DNA from: a virus
Taxonomy: Duplodnaviria; Caudoviricetes
Length of the DNA: 28,256 nt
IMG/VR virus record: IMGVR_UViG_3300030049_000055
Location: 1-28,256 of that record
Strand: one strand, 5' to 3'
In this document: piece after piece, positions 1-8,142 of the stretch
Layout: the number at the start of each line of letters is the position of its first letter
How positions within the stretch are numbered: position 1 is the stretch's first letter
The notes under the pieces: generated by a model
Told to the model about the DNA's origin: nothing
The model's input: the letters and a program-made list of their open reading frames with translations, nothing else
The model's database searches: none
Made by a program: the position numbers and the translations under genes

Positions 1-583
1 TACTAGCATTAATCAACAAATCAGGGTAATTTGTTGATATATACGTCGTTCCGGCCCCATTTGTGCCAGCGGTCGCATAAAGGGATTGCAAGTTTTGCGT
101 ACCCGTAATCGTCAAGGCATAGTTCTGGTCAGGGTAAGGACCAAAAAGCAGGTTTGCCGATGTATTACCACCAGTTGCCTGATCACCACCATATACCGCG
201 AGCCATAAAGGAGGACCAGTATAGGAACTGTCGTTATAAGTGTTCTGAATTATCTCTTTTGACGTAGGTAACAACGGCACATTTGAAGTTCCGCTCGTAT
301 AAGAAACCGTTTGTATCGTCTGTAGATCATTAACAGAAACCGCAAGCGTATTCGTTCCTGCCGTAAGATTATAAGTCATGTTGACAACGACAGAATTTAA
401 CAAATCTAAATCACGCTGAATACGCAACTCGGCATAATTCAGCATAGACGGAATCATGGCCTGCGCAGCCGTGTCAACGGGCGTCACCACGCCTCCGACC
501 GTCGAATAGTTTAGAACTGCCATCGTGCATATTTGCGTGACGTACATATTATACGTCAGAGCATTTGTGTTAGGATTTGTCAT
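1..583 (-). CDS. Phage adaptor / tail-tubular-A-like virion protein (partial, runs off the left edge)
   Basis: Not in the ORF track because it is truncated. The ATG at 581-583 overlaps the spike TGA (ATGA). My translation is MTNPNTNALTYNMYVTQICTMAV...MLNYAELRIQRDLDL...LLFGPYPDQNYALTITG...ISTNYPDLLINAS. The 'AE.RI.RDL' and 'GP.PD..Y' motifs are typical of phage adaptor proteins. Confidence 0.7.
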   Translation of the reverse strand, partial: MTNPNTNALTYNMYVTQICTMAVLNYSTVGGVVTPVDTAAQAMIPSMLNYAELRIQRDLDLLNSVVVNMTYNLTAGTNTLAVSVNDLQTIQTVSYTSGTSNVPLLPTSKEIIQNTYNDSSYTGPPLWLAVYGGDQATGGNTSANLLFGPYPDQNYALTITGTQNLQSLYATAGTNGAGTTYISTNYPDLLINAS

Positions 584-2559
584 AGCCCAAACCACTTGAC
601 GGTCGGCGCGACGGTATAGCTCGGCGTCCATGTCTGCCCTGGGCCAACCGTCAAGCAACCGATCGTCAAACCCGTTGTGGTTCCACCAACTGCAAGCGCC
701 GAAACCGCGCCGCCGGTGATGCAGATGCTAACAGGAAACGGGTAGGTGTTCGTCTGCGCAACCGTCGTCGCGGGGATCGACGGCGCTCCGCTCAGATACC
801 CCGTAGGGTTGAACCCTGGAATGTACTCAAAAGCCTGCTGCGCAGACGTCGTGTAGTTGACGATACCCGTTCCGCCTGCGGTCAGCGAGCCGCCGGTGAA
901 AGCGACGCCAACACCCGCAGCGGAGCTATCAATCGCGTAAGCGCCCGATCCGGGGATGATGACGTTCCCCGTACCGTAGATGAGCGTCGCCCCGCTGGAA
1001 ATCGTGATCCCGCTGAAAGTCGCCCCGACGTTCTCGACGTGGTTGTTGCTTATATCCCAGTCAACGGGTCCGCCTGTCACTCCACTGAGGAAGTTCGCAA
1101 GATAAATCCCGTCCTTCGTCGAGCCGACGACGGTGTTGTGGTTGAGCGCAATGCGCGACTGCGCGTATCCCGCGGTGTTAGTGTAGATACCCCAACCCGT
1201 TGGGGTCATGACATGGTTCCCGTTGACCTGCTCGTCGCGAAGTTGCCCGAGCAGCGCGATGCCGTTCTCTACGCTGCTATAGGACCAATTTTCGTTGATC
1301 TGATCGCCGAAGGCCAAGCCACAAGTCGCGGACGGCGCGGAATAGGCCCCGGCAATGATGAAATCGTTCCCGTAAGCCCGATTGTTGTAGAGTTTGAACC
1401 CGGAATGACACGGGTCGAGATCGAACCCATCCCAGAGCCTCGGGTAAGTAATCGTGATCGCGACCGGCGACCCCGCCGACCCAACCGTCTGTGAGTTGTT
1501 GACGGTGTAGGTTCCAACGCCGCCGGTCCCGGTGCCGACCGAGGTCAGGTTCGTTGACCCCGCGACGCCGGCCCCCGTCACGACGTCCTGAGTTATCGGC
1601 GATATCCCGACCGCGACCTGTCCCGATGTGACAGACAGGATTGTTAGCGTGGTCCCGCTGATGTATCCCTGGCCTACAAATGGCACGATCTTTGAACACG
1701 CCCGCGCAACGTTGTTGTGCCAATTCCCGTCCTGCGCGAACTGCCCCGGCGTGCCGAAGGAGTAGTAACAGTTTGTAAAAACATCATGGACGTAATTCGC
1801 ATCAATGTCTGTGTTTATACCTGCGTCTTCGATCCCGTTGTCAGAAGTAGCTATGACTTCGTTGTACTTCGCTTCCGCGAACTGGACGCCCGCGTTAATC
1901 AGGATGCCATCGCTGCGCCGGGTAAATGGCGCGAGCGCCCCGCCGTTCACCAAACAATGATAAATACCGGCGTGGTTTCCGTTGAGCGTGACGACTGGAG
2001 TTCCATTGATCGACGGCGCAACAAACCCGGATGCGCTGTCGCCGTCGCATTCGATCCTCACGTCTGCCGGAACCGATACGAAGGCCGTGTAGTTTAACCC
2101 TGCCGGAATATGCAGCGTCCCGCCGGCCGTACCAAGCGCAGCCATGATTGCAGTGAATTGCGTTGTCGAGGCAGAACCCGTTGGCGCGCCCCAAATGTTA
2201 GGCGTCGCCGAGAATTTACTAAAGTCCGCGACATAGCATCCTGCTACAGATTGGATTTGCGCGCCGTTATCAGCATTGGCGCACGTTCCGCCGACTGTAA
2301 GGTTATACCACGCAGTCCCGCCGTCGCCTGAGGTCGCGTAGTTGTCACGAATGATCGCCGGGTACAACGTCGTGTTTGTGATTGCCTGGACTGCGGGTGT
2401 ATTTACGAAATGCGGAGTAGCGCCATTAGACACCGCCGTTCCGGCAGGCAATGTAGCCGTCCCTGTAACCGTAAGATTGTTGAACGTCGGAGACGGATAA
2501 GTTTGCGCCATAGCCGACGATGCGAGCAAAGAAGCGGCAAAAACCGTCAGCTTACGCAA
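580..2559 (-). CDS. Tail spike / right-handed beta-helix (pectin-lyase-like) protein with N-terminal Sec signal peptide
   Basis: Start re-assigned to the TTG at 2557-2559, with GGAGG at 2566-2570 and a 6-nt spacer, giving MRKLTVFAASLLASSAMA|QTYP. It has a 'YATSGDGG...DNG' tailspike N-terminal motif, many Asn-ladder beta-helix rungs (DGILI, NGIED, NGIAL, DGIYL, ISNNHV) and a C-terminal fibre-tip-like beta domain (TNTYPFPVSICITGGAVS). Confidence 0.8.
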   Translation of the reverse strand: MRKLTVFAASLLASSAMAQTYPSPTFNNLTVTGTATLPAGTAVSNGATPHFVNTPAVQAITNTTLYPAIIRDNYATSGDGGTAWYNLTVGGTCANADNGAQIQSVAGCYVADFSKFSATPNIWGAPTGSASTTQFTAIMAALGTAGGTLHIPAGLNYTAFVSVPADVRIECDGDSASGFVAPSINGTPVVTLNGNHAGIYHCLVNGGALAPFTRRSDGILINAGVQFAEAKYNEVIATSDNGIEDAGINTDIDANYVHDVFTNCYYSFGTPGQFAQDGNWHNNVARACSKIVPFVGQGYISGTTLTILSVTSGQVAVGISPITQDVVTGAGVAGSTNLTSVGTGTGGVGTYTVNNSQTVGSAGSPVAITITYPRLWDGFDLDPCHSGFKLYNNRAYGNDFIIAGAYSAPSATCGLAFGDQINENWSYSSVENGIALLGQLRDEQVNGNHVMTPTGWGIYTNTAGYAQSRIALNHNTVVGSTKDGIYLANFLSGVTGGPVDWDISNNHVENVGATFSGITISSGATLIYGTGNVIIPGSGAYAIDSSAAGVGVAFTGGSLTAGGTGIVNYTTSAQQAFEYIPGFNPTGYLSGAPSIPATTVAQTNTYPFPVSICITGGAVSALAVGGTTTGLTIGCLTVGPGQTWTPSYTVAPTVKWFGL

Positions 2560-3176
2560 AAGATACCTCCATTGATCCAAAGCCTATTCGGGTAAAGCGG
2601 CATCGAGGCCGGTACAACCGTTGTGTATGATCCTCCCGGCGTCACAGAGACAACCCCGCCGTCACTCCAATAGGTTCCAGAAGTGAGCGGGACGGTCGTC
2701 GGCAATGGATATCGACCGCCCGCCGTTACGCACAGAACCCCGGCAACGCCGTTCGCAGAATATGGATTAGCCGTATCGACCCAATACAGACCACCGCCAG
2801 CAGGAGGCGTCCTAGGTAGGTTTGGAAGCGCGCCAATGCTGCTAAGCTGGCAAAGGAACAAAAGCTCGTTTGGATAGCCTGTTGGCGAATAGGTTACGCC
2901 TTGAGGCCCTTCATCGGCGACATAGAACTCCGGCCTTGGATTGATAATAGGTAGCGGATCGGCAGGAATAAAAATAGATCGGGCTTGCTCTTGCGGAGTA
3001 TCGTAACACCGATCACAAACTAGAATGCGGAGATTTTGCAGCTTCGTACCATTCCAGTCGTACTGATACTTTAGATCGACGTGGTTATAACGAAATCCGC
3101 AACGGTCGCAAATAGCATGCGCTTCCGGCGAGCGAGCATTTGTTCTAGCTCTGCCGGCGCGACTGGCGTAAGCCAT
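2547..3176 (-). CDS. Conserved virion-module protein with CxxC...CxxC N-terminal domain and three C-terminal LPxxxP..G.(Y/L)W..GG repeats
   Basis: CDRC...CDRC pair followed by PADPLPIINPRPE. It lies directly downstream of the adaptor gene (TAA-ATG junction at 3176/3177). Confidence 0.7.
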   Translation of the reverse strand: MAYASRAGRARTNARSPEAHAICDRCGFRYNHVDLKYQYDWNGTKLQNLRILVCDRCYDTPQEQARSIFIPADPLPIINPRPEFYVADEGPQGVTYSPTGYPNELLFLCQLSSIGALPNLPRTPPAGGGLYWVDTANPYSANGVAGVLCVTAGGRYPLPTTVPLTSGTYWSDGGVVSVTPGGSYTTVVPASMPLYPNRLWINGGIFCVS

Positions 3177-3866
3177 TTACCTATAGTACCCCGATAGTTG
3201 AGGAGAAACATAAAAATCACTATTTTCCGTGTTCGTCAATGCCGCCGCCGTCCAAGCCGCCGTAGCCGCCGCCGAAAGTCCCATTGCGCGCTCTGGAGCC
3301 CAGCTAATCGCAAGCTCAGCCGCCAGACCCTTAGCAAAAGCATTTAACCAAAGATAAGGAATGTCCGCCACCTGACCATTTGTGAACGCCGCATCCTGAA
3401 TTTGCAACACGGCATAATAAGTGAACGAAACCTCGTTACCGTCAGGAACGGGATAAAAGTTGATAGTCGGCGTCAACGTGCGATTGTGCCAATAAACCGT
3501 TGGCGGCGCTTGCTGCGTCGGATTTGGATAGCTAACATATTCCGTCCGAGAGACAGGGAAAAGATAGCGGTTCGTGTTCGCCGCGCCGCCAGGGACGGTC
3601 ATGTAGAGATCGAGGATTTCAACCAAGTTCGGACTGACCGAATATGTTGCGGTTCCCTGAACGAAATTGACTGTAGTTGGCGCGACCTTCCAGAGATTGA
3701 CGCCTTTATTCGCCCAATCCCCTAAGACAAAGTTAGCCGCCATTCTGGCGCTTTCCATATGCTCTTGCAACAACGCCGTAGGGCGAATGCCGCACATATG
3801 GAAAGCTTGGATGGTAAGTTGAGCAATCGACGGATTGAACGAGTAAGTCCCGCTCGACGACGCCAT
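3177..3866 (-). CDS. Tail tubular protein A / head-tail adaptor
   Basis: Motifs '[14 protein letters not shown]...WANKGVNLWKV', 'GTATY', 'SRTEY...PN', 'FYPVPD' and 'DIPYLWLNAFAKGLAAELA' are typical of podovirus adaptor proteins. Position downstream of the capsid gene agrees. Confidence 0.75.
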   Translation of the reverse strand: MASSSGTYSFNPSIAQLTIQAFHMCGIRPTALLQEHMESARMAANFVLGDWANKGVNLWKVAPTTVNFVQGTATYSVSPNLVEILDLYMTVPGGAANTNRYLFPVSRTEYVSYPNPTQQAPPTVYWHNRTLTPTINFYPVPDGNEVSFTYYAVLQIQDAAFTNGQVADIPYLWLNAFAKGLAAELAISWAPERAMGLSAAATAAWTAAALTNTENSDFYVSPQLSGYYR

Positions 3867-4729
3867 TAGACGGGAGCCACGCCAGATTGCATGATGTTCG
3901 CTCGAACAGACCCGGTTCCGCTATTGAGCAAAATTCTCCCATATCGAGGAGGAGGATTGCCCGCTATGGTCTGCGTAGTCGTCGCGCCGACAACGTTGGT
4001 TGAAACGCCCGTGCTATCCCACACGAAAGAAGCCCGGCTTACAAGGTACTCTATGTCATCCCCGCTTGTCTGATAAGTGTAGTTGACGGTCCCGACCGCG
4101 ACAAACTGAGCCGTAACGCCTGCCAGCGCCCATTCGTCGAACCTGATCCAAGGCGAACCCGCAACCGAAGTCGTGCCAACCGTAATCGTCGAAGCCGTCG
4201 CCGCAGACGCGACAATGGAATAGACAACCAAATAATCCAAAACAGAAGATGCGGTAGCCCCGCTCGCTCCCGTCACAACTTCCGAAATAGGCGCGTTAGC
4301 CCAATCCAAGCCGGTAATCGTGAACGTAATTCCGCTATCGTTTCCGTTCGACGCAATCCCAATGCGCCTGGCCGTATCGAGCGTGACGACGGTGTTACCG
4401 TAGATCGTGGTCGATGATACCGTTTGAGACGCACTAACGGTATAAGTCCCGGCTTGGTTCGTCGTGGTGGAAAGCAGGCCCGTAACCTGGGTATTTGCCG
4501 AAACACCAAGGCCGTTGAGCAGAAACCCGCGATTGAGATACCCAGAGGTCACAGCCGAAATCGTCAGCACATTGCCCGAGCCAATCGAGCCTGTCCCGAC
4601 AAACGTGCTGGACGCCAACGTGCCATTAAGCGCGACCGTACCGCCGCCCGTAGGGATCGTCTGAGACGTGGCGATATTGTTCGCGGAGGCCGCAACAAGC
4701 GGCCCCACGGTCACGACAACAGGGCGCAT
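3866..4729 (-). CDS. Virion structural protein (T/S/G-rich, beta) with inserted beta-barrel module
   Basis: 287-aa ORF with SD AAGGA. Contains '[26 protein letters not shown]' and the shared module [21 protein letters not shown]...[13 protein letters not shown]. Confidence 0.65.
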   Translation of the reverse strand: MRPVVVTVGPLVAASANNIATSQTIPTGGGTVALNGTLASSTFVGTGSIGSGNVLTISAVTSGYLNRGFLLNGLGVSANTQVTGLLSTTTNQAGTYTVSASQTVSSTTIYGNTVVTLDTARRIGIASNGNDSGITFTITGLDWANAPISEVVTGASGATASSVLDYLVVYSIVASAATASTITVGTTSVAGSPWIRFDEWALAGVTAQFVAVGTVNYTYQTSGDDIEYLVSRASFVWDSTGVSTNVVGATTTQTIAGNPPPRYGRILLNSGTGSVRANIMQSGVAPV

Positions 4730-4738
4730 TGGCTGTCC

Positions 4739-5158
4739 TTACTCGTCGTAGCCCTTGGTTTCGCGCTCGGTAGACCGTCCCTTGGGATTGGTCCCCTTCA
4801 AAGCCGAGGTGAACGGACTGGCCTCGCATCCGCCACCAGACGCGCGACGCTTGCGGCCGGCGTGATGATGAGCTTCCATGCCCTCCATGCCGACTTCCTT
4901 GTGAGCCTTGCCGCCATGAGCGCGTTTGATCCGTCCGCCCTTCTTGGCTTTCATTTCTTCGGCTTCCTTGCCGACGTTGTTCGGTGCGGACATATCCTTC
5001 GGATCGTCCTTCAAATCCTTCTCGGCGTCGTCATCGCCGCTATCGGCGGATTCCGCGCCCTTGCCTTTGTCATGCTGTTCGTGAGCCGCCTTGCCGCCGC
5101 TCGCACGATGCTTGCGGATATGCGCCTCAATCTTGGCCTTGGTGCAAGCTTCAACCAT
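4739..5158 (-). CDS. Small charged, disordered protein with four basic-x-x-GG motifs (putative internal head protein)
   Basis: Strong SD (GGAGG). Motifs HRASGG, AKKGG, KRAHGG and RRASGG. The block AHHHAGRKRRASGG matches AHHHAGRKSRGTGG in 11950..12864. Confidence 0.65.
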   Translation of the reverse strand: MVEACTKAKIEAHIRKHRASGGKAAHEQHDKGKGAESADSGDDDAEKDLKDDPKDMSAPNNVGKEAEEMKAKKGGRIKRAHGGKAHKEVGMEGMEAHHHAGRKRRASGGGCEASPFTSALKGTNPKGRSTERETKGYDE

Positions 5159-5171
5159 GTGTCTGCCCTCC

Positions 5172-6440
5172 TTACAGGGTAGCGTACTGAGGCTGGCCGA
5201 ACAGGCCTACGCCAAGAGTTCCGACGCCCATTGCGGCGGGGTTAGGTGACTGCGTAACAATCAATCGCAGCGTGCCATTGGAGGCCGTTTGCAGCGCATA
5301 AGTCCCACGCACATCGCCCGTCGAAGCCGTTGGCGTGGTCGTGACCGCAGCCGTATATCCGGTCGAAGACGCAATGCCTGCGGAGTTGAAATACAAGCTC
5401 ACGTCCCATTCCGTCCCGACAACAGGCGTAAAGTTGTCAGACCGTATTGGAAATCCGACGATATCCTGCGTTCCAACCGAATAAGAGCCGGTTCCGTCCG
5501 TTTTGCTCGGCGTCACGCTCTGGATATACTTCCAAGCCTTGACGCCGTTCGTTGTCGTCGCCGACGTGCCGGAAGTCGTGATCGTTTCCGTCATCGACGT
5601 TCCATACACATCAGCCCCGACAACCGTAAAGACGTTGCCCGCCACCTGAGACGTGGTGGACGTGATCGAAATAGCCCGCGAACACATGGCCTCGGGAAGC
5701 CAAAGCATGACAGTCCCAGCAGACCCATAGGGGAGAGCGTTCAGCGTTCCCCTCGCGAGCAGACCCGTACCCGGCGCGACGCCAAGAATACCTGTGAAGA
5801 TGCCTGTAACCGTGTCGCTCGTTGCCGTCGCGGTCGCATTGGCGCTCAGGAAATAGGTTCCGATGCCGCCATTGCCCGTGCCGTAGCCGACGATATAAGC
5901 GCCAGTCGGGATATTCGCCGCCGTCGTGCTATCGGTCAAGACCATGCCTATAGCCAAACGATTATAGCAAGCGCCGCCACCCGCCGCGACCGCCGTAACG
6001 GTCATGACATTCGATCCGCTCGTCAGGTTCGCCGTTACCGACGCAACAAGAGGATCAATGCACAAAGCGTTCGTCAGCGAGGACGTAGTAAGGCCGCCGA
6101 ATAGCGTGCCATTGACGCCGACCGCAAGACCCGAGACGGTCGTAGAGGCCAGCATCATCGCAGTTCCCGCCGTGACGTTCGCCGCAGCCGCAATGATCGT
6201 GTTCGATTTCGTCATCGGAATGACGTTCATCGTGTTGATCTTGGTTGTTCCCAACCAACCCAACGTCGGAGCGCCAAAGTTCTGGCCCGGATCGTAGGTG
6301 TACGCCGGCCTAGGATCAAGGATATGGTAGCCGCCATACGAAAGCGATGGTCCAAGCTCGGGGTTGTAGTCAGGGACATATCCGAAGTTCGGAACTTGCC
6401 CATAAGCTACGACAGGCCCTTGAAACGCGCTGATGCTCAT
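5172..6440 (-). CDS. Virion structural protein with inserted beta-barrel module
   Basis: 422-aa Thr/Gly-rich ORF containing 'FTVVGADVYGTSMTETIT...GVKAWKYI.SVT' and 'TASTGDVRGTY'. Lies in the capsid-tail interval. Confidence 0.65.
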   Translation of the reverse strand: MSISAFQGPVVAYGQVPNFGYVPDYNPELGPSLSYGGYHILDPRPAYTYDPGQNFGAPTLGWLGTTKINTMNVIPMTKSNTIIAAAANVTAGTAMMLASTTVSGLAVGVNGTLFGGLTTSSLTNALCIDPLVASVTANLTSGSNVMTVTAVAAGGGACYNRLAIGMVLTDSTTAANIPTGAYIVGYGTGNGGIGTYFLSANATATATSDTVTGIFTGILGVAPGTGLLARGTLNALPYGSAGTVMLWLPEAMCSRAISITSTTSQVAGNVFTVVGADVYGTSMTETITTSGTSATTTNGVKAWKYIQSVTPSKTDGTGSYSVGTQDIVGFPIRSDNFTPVVGTEWDVSLYFNSAGIASSTGYTAAVTTTPTASTGDVRGTYALQTASNGTLRLIVTQSPNPAAMGVGTLGVGLFGQPQYATL

Positions 6441-7124
6441 TTAGGCGGCCCCTTCAATCGGTATGACATTAGAAGCATCCTTGTGTTTGTCGAGGTAATC
6501 GGCTGCGGCGCGAAGGAGCGCGGGATCGTCGTTAAATGACCCAAGGCCGACGTTGCATTTGTGGCAAAGCAGACCACGAACTTTCCCGGTCGCGTGGTCG
6601 TGGTCAACGTGAAGGGCGACGGCGGAACCATCAACCTTGTGTCTGCGGCTTTCTTCTTTGCCGCAAACCTTACAAACTCTACCTTGAGAGACAAGCATTT
6701 GCTCATGCTCGCCAAGCGTCATTCCGTAAACGTTTTTCAGCGAATACGCCCGGCCATCCTCGGATGACCGCGTAGAATGCTTTTTTCCTTCAAGACGGAC
6801 AGACTTAAACTCGCCTTCCTTCAGGTTTTTAATCTTGATATCCAACGTATCGCCGTTCTCGAATAGAACCCTAGTCTTAGGCCATTCTCCGTGCACCAGA
6901 AGCCAAGCTATGCGCGCCGCCGGGATCGGTACACCATGCAACCAAACCCAACGATAAAACGTATGTTGACCGCGACCGTCTGTAGCTTTTCGGACAGTCG
7001 TAGCATCCGACCCAACCTTACCGCGTTGCCCCGAACGTTCTCGGCGAAGCATGACGCCGGTTTCAGGATCATACGAAATGTACTGCGCAACTTCCTCTCT
7101 GGTCAGGTTTACAGACTTCGTCAT
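6441..7124 (-). CDS. Free-standing homing endonuclease: degenerate N-terminal HNH-like domain plus C-terminal endonuclease VII domain
   Basis: Start re-assigned to the ATG at 7122-7124 (MTKSVNLTREEV). EndoVII signature: YGMT...QGRVCKVC...LHVDHDHATGKVRGLLCHKCNVGLGSFNDD...LRAAADYL. The N-terminus (YDPETG...RIAWLLVHGEWP...NGD...NL) resembles HNH_3 homing endonucleases. Confidence 0.85.
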   Translation of the reverse strand: MTKSVNLTREEVAQYISYDPETGVMLRRERSGQRGKVGSDATTVRKATDGRGQHTFYRWVWLHGVPIPAARIAWLLVHGEWPKTRVLFENGDTLDIKIKNLKEGEFKSVRLEGKKHSTRSSEDGRAYSLKNVYGMTLGEHEQMLVSQGRVCKVCGKEESRRHKVDGSAVALHVDHDHATGKVRGLLCHKCNVGLGSFNDDPALLRAAADYLDKHKDASNVIPIEGAA

Positions 7125-7130
7125 AGCGCC

Positions 7131-7151
7131 TTCTCTCTCTTCCAGAGAGAA
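7131..7151 (-). promoter_or_regulatory. RBS-occluding hairpin upstream of the endonuclease start
   Basis: mRNA UUCUCUCU-GGAAG-AGAGAGAA forms an 8-bp stem ending 6 nt before the ATG at 7124 and covers the purine-rich SD region. Confidence 0.55.
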
Positions 7152-7154
7152 CGC

Positions 7155-7183
7155 ACAATAAACGGAGTTGTCGGTTTCGTCAA
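7155..7183 (-). promoter_or_regulatory. Sigma70-type promoter for the homing endonuclease gene
   Basis: Minus strand TTGACG (7183-7178), 17-nt spacer, TATTGT (7160-7155). Confidence 0.6.
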
Positions 7184-7211
7184 GCATCACGCAAGACCTG
7201 ACAAAGAAAAA

Positions 7212-8126
7212 TTAAGAGGTAGGAAAACTGCCAAACAGGCTTCGCCAATTATAATAGCCGAAGCTATATCTCTCGTATGCTTTCACCAAAAGATTATCGG
7301 TGACGAAGTCTACCTGCATATCCGTCTCGAACTTGACGCGCTCCATGTAGGCGAGGCCGTCGATGTTTGTGAGGACGAACCATGCGTAGGATGACGTGAG
7401 GAAGTCCATGACCATGTAGCCTTCGGGGAGGCCGCCTGCGGTCGTATGGATGGCGTTCGCGTCGTGGTCGGCGGTGCCGGGGCGCAGTTCCGTCTTGGTC
7501 AGTCGGATGGCGACGGGTTCGAGTTGCGGCGGGACGATCAGCTTGCGACCGCGCGCGAAGACTTTGAGGCCGGCCTGGTCTCGGAAGTTGACGCGGACGG
7601 CGACCATTGCGTTGAGCATGGTTGCTTCGTTGAGGTCCGCCTGCGTCGAGAACGTGTTCGCGAGAGAACCGTAGTCGGACGGATGAGCCGTGGAGCAGAG
7701 CGCGACGCCATCGCCGCCGACCTGGGTATTATAGGTCTGCGCCGTGTTGAAGGTGTTTGCGGCGTAAATTTCCTTCGTCTGCTGGAAGCTTTCGATAAGC
7801 CCTAGATTGGAAGGATGAAACTGCGTTTTGTAAACGTTGTCGTCGATGGCCTTGCGCGTGATTGCATAGCCAAGGCCGATCTCGACGTGCTCTTGGTTGT
7901 AGATGTAACGTTCGCCAGCGCCGTTATCGAAGGCGGTTTGGCCGCCTTCGGTTTTGAGCTGGGCAAGGCCGAGGAATCGCATTTCAGCCGTTCGCTCGAA
8001 CGCGAGCTTGCTATCGTGCTTCGCGTAAACCTTGTCGTACTGAGACGGGATCATCTCGTACTTTCCTTCGACGCCCCTCAGACCGGGGAGAAGAAGGTCT
8101 TTGATTGAACTGAGGTTAACAGCCAT
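7212..8126 (-). CDS. Major capsid protein (HK97 fold; Mu gpT-like family)
   Basis: 304 aa with motifs 'LLLPGL', 'K.EGG', 'LGYAITRKAIDDN', 'GGDGVALCSTAHP', 'LIVPPQL' and 'KAYERYSFG'. Strongly C/G-ending codons suggest high expression. Follows the scaffold and decoration genes. Confidence 0.88.
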   Translation of the reverse strand: MAVNLSSIKDLLLPGLRGVEGKYEMIPSQYDKVYAKHDSKLAFERTAEMRFLGLAQLKTEGGQTAFDNGAGERYIYNQEHVEIGLGYAITRKAIDDNVYKTQFHPSNLGLIESFQQTKEIYAANTFNTAQTYNTQVGGDGVALCSTAHPSDYGSLANTFSTQADLNEATMLNAMVAVRVNFRDQAGLKVFARGRKLIVPPQLEPVAIRLTKTELRPGTADHDANAIHTTAGGLPEGYMVMDFLTSSYAWFVLTNIDGLAYMERVKFETDMQVDFVTDNLLVKAYERYSFGYYNWRSLFGSFPTS

Positions 8127-8142
8127 CTGCCTTACTCCCTAG

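Noticed and set aside
580-2559. Diversity-generating retroelement target in the spike
   Set aside because: No reverse transcriptase and no template/variable repeat pair differing at adenines was seen in this window.
6441-7211. Group I intron or intein hosting the endonuclease
   Set aside because: Both flanking genes are complete with their own start and stop, and only ~90 nt of non-coding sequence is present. The gene is free-standing.
7200-7230. Programmed frameshift or read-through extension of the major capsid protein
   Set aside because: The gene ends in a clean TAA with no slippery heptamer before it, and no plausible structural extension follows.
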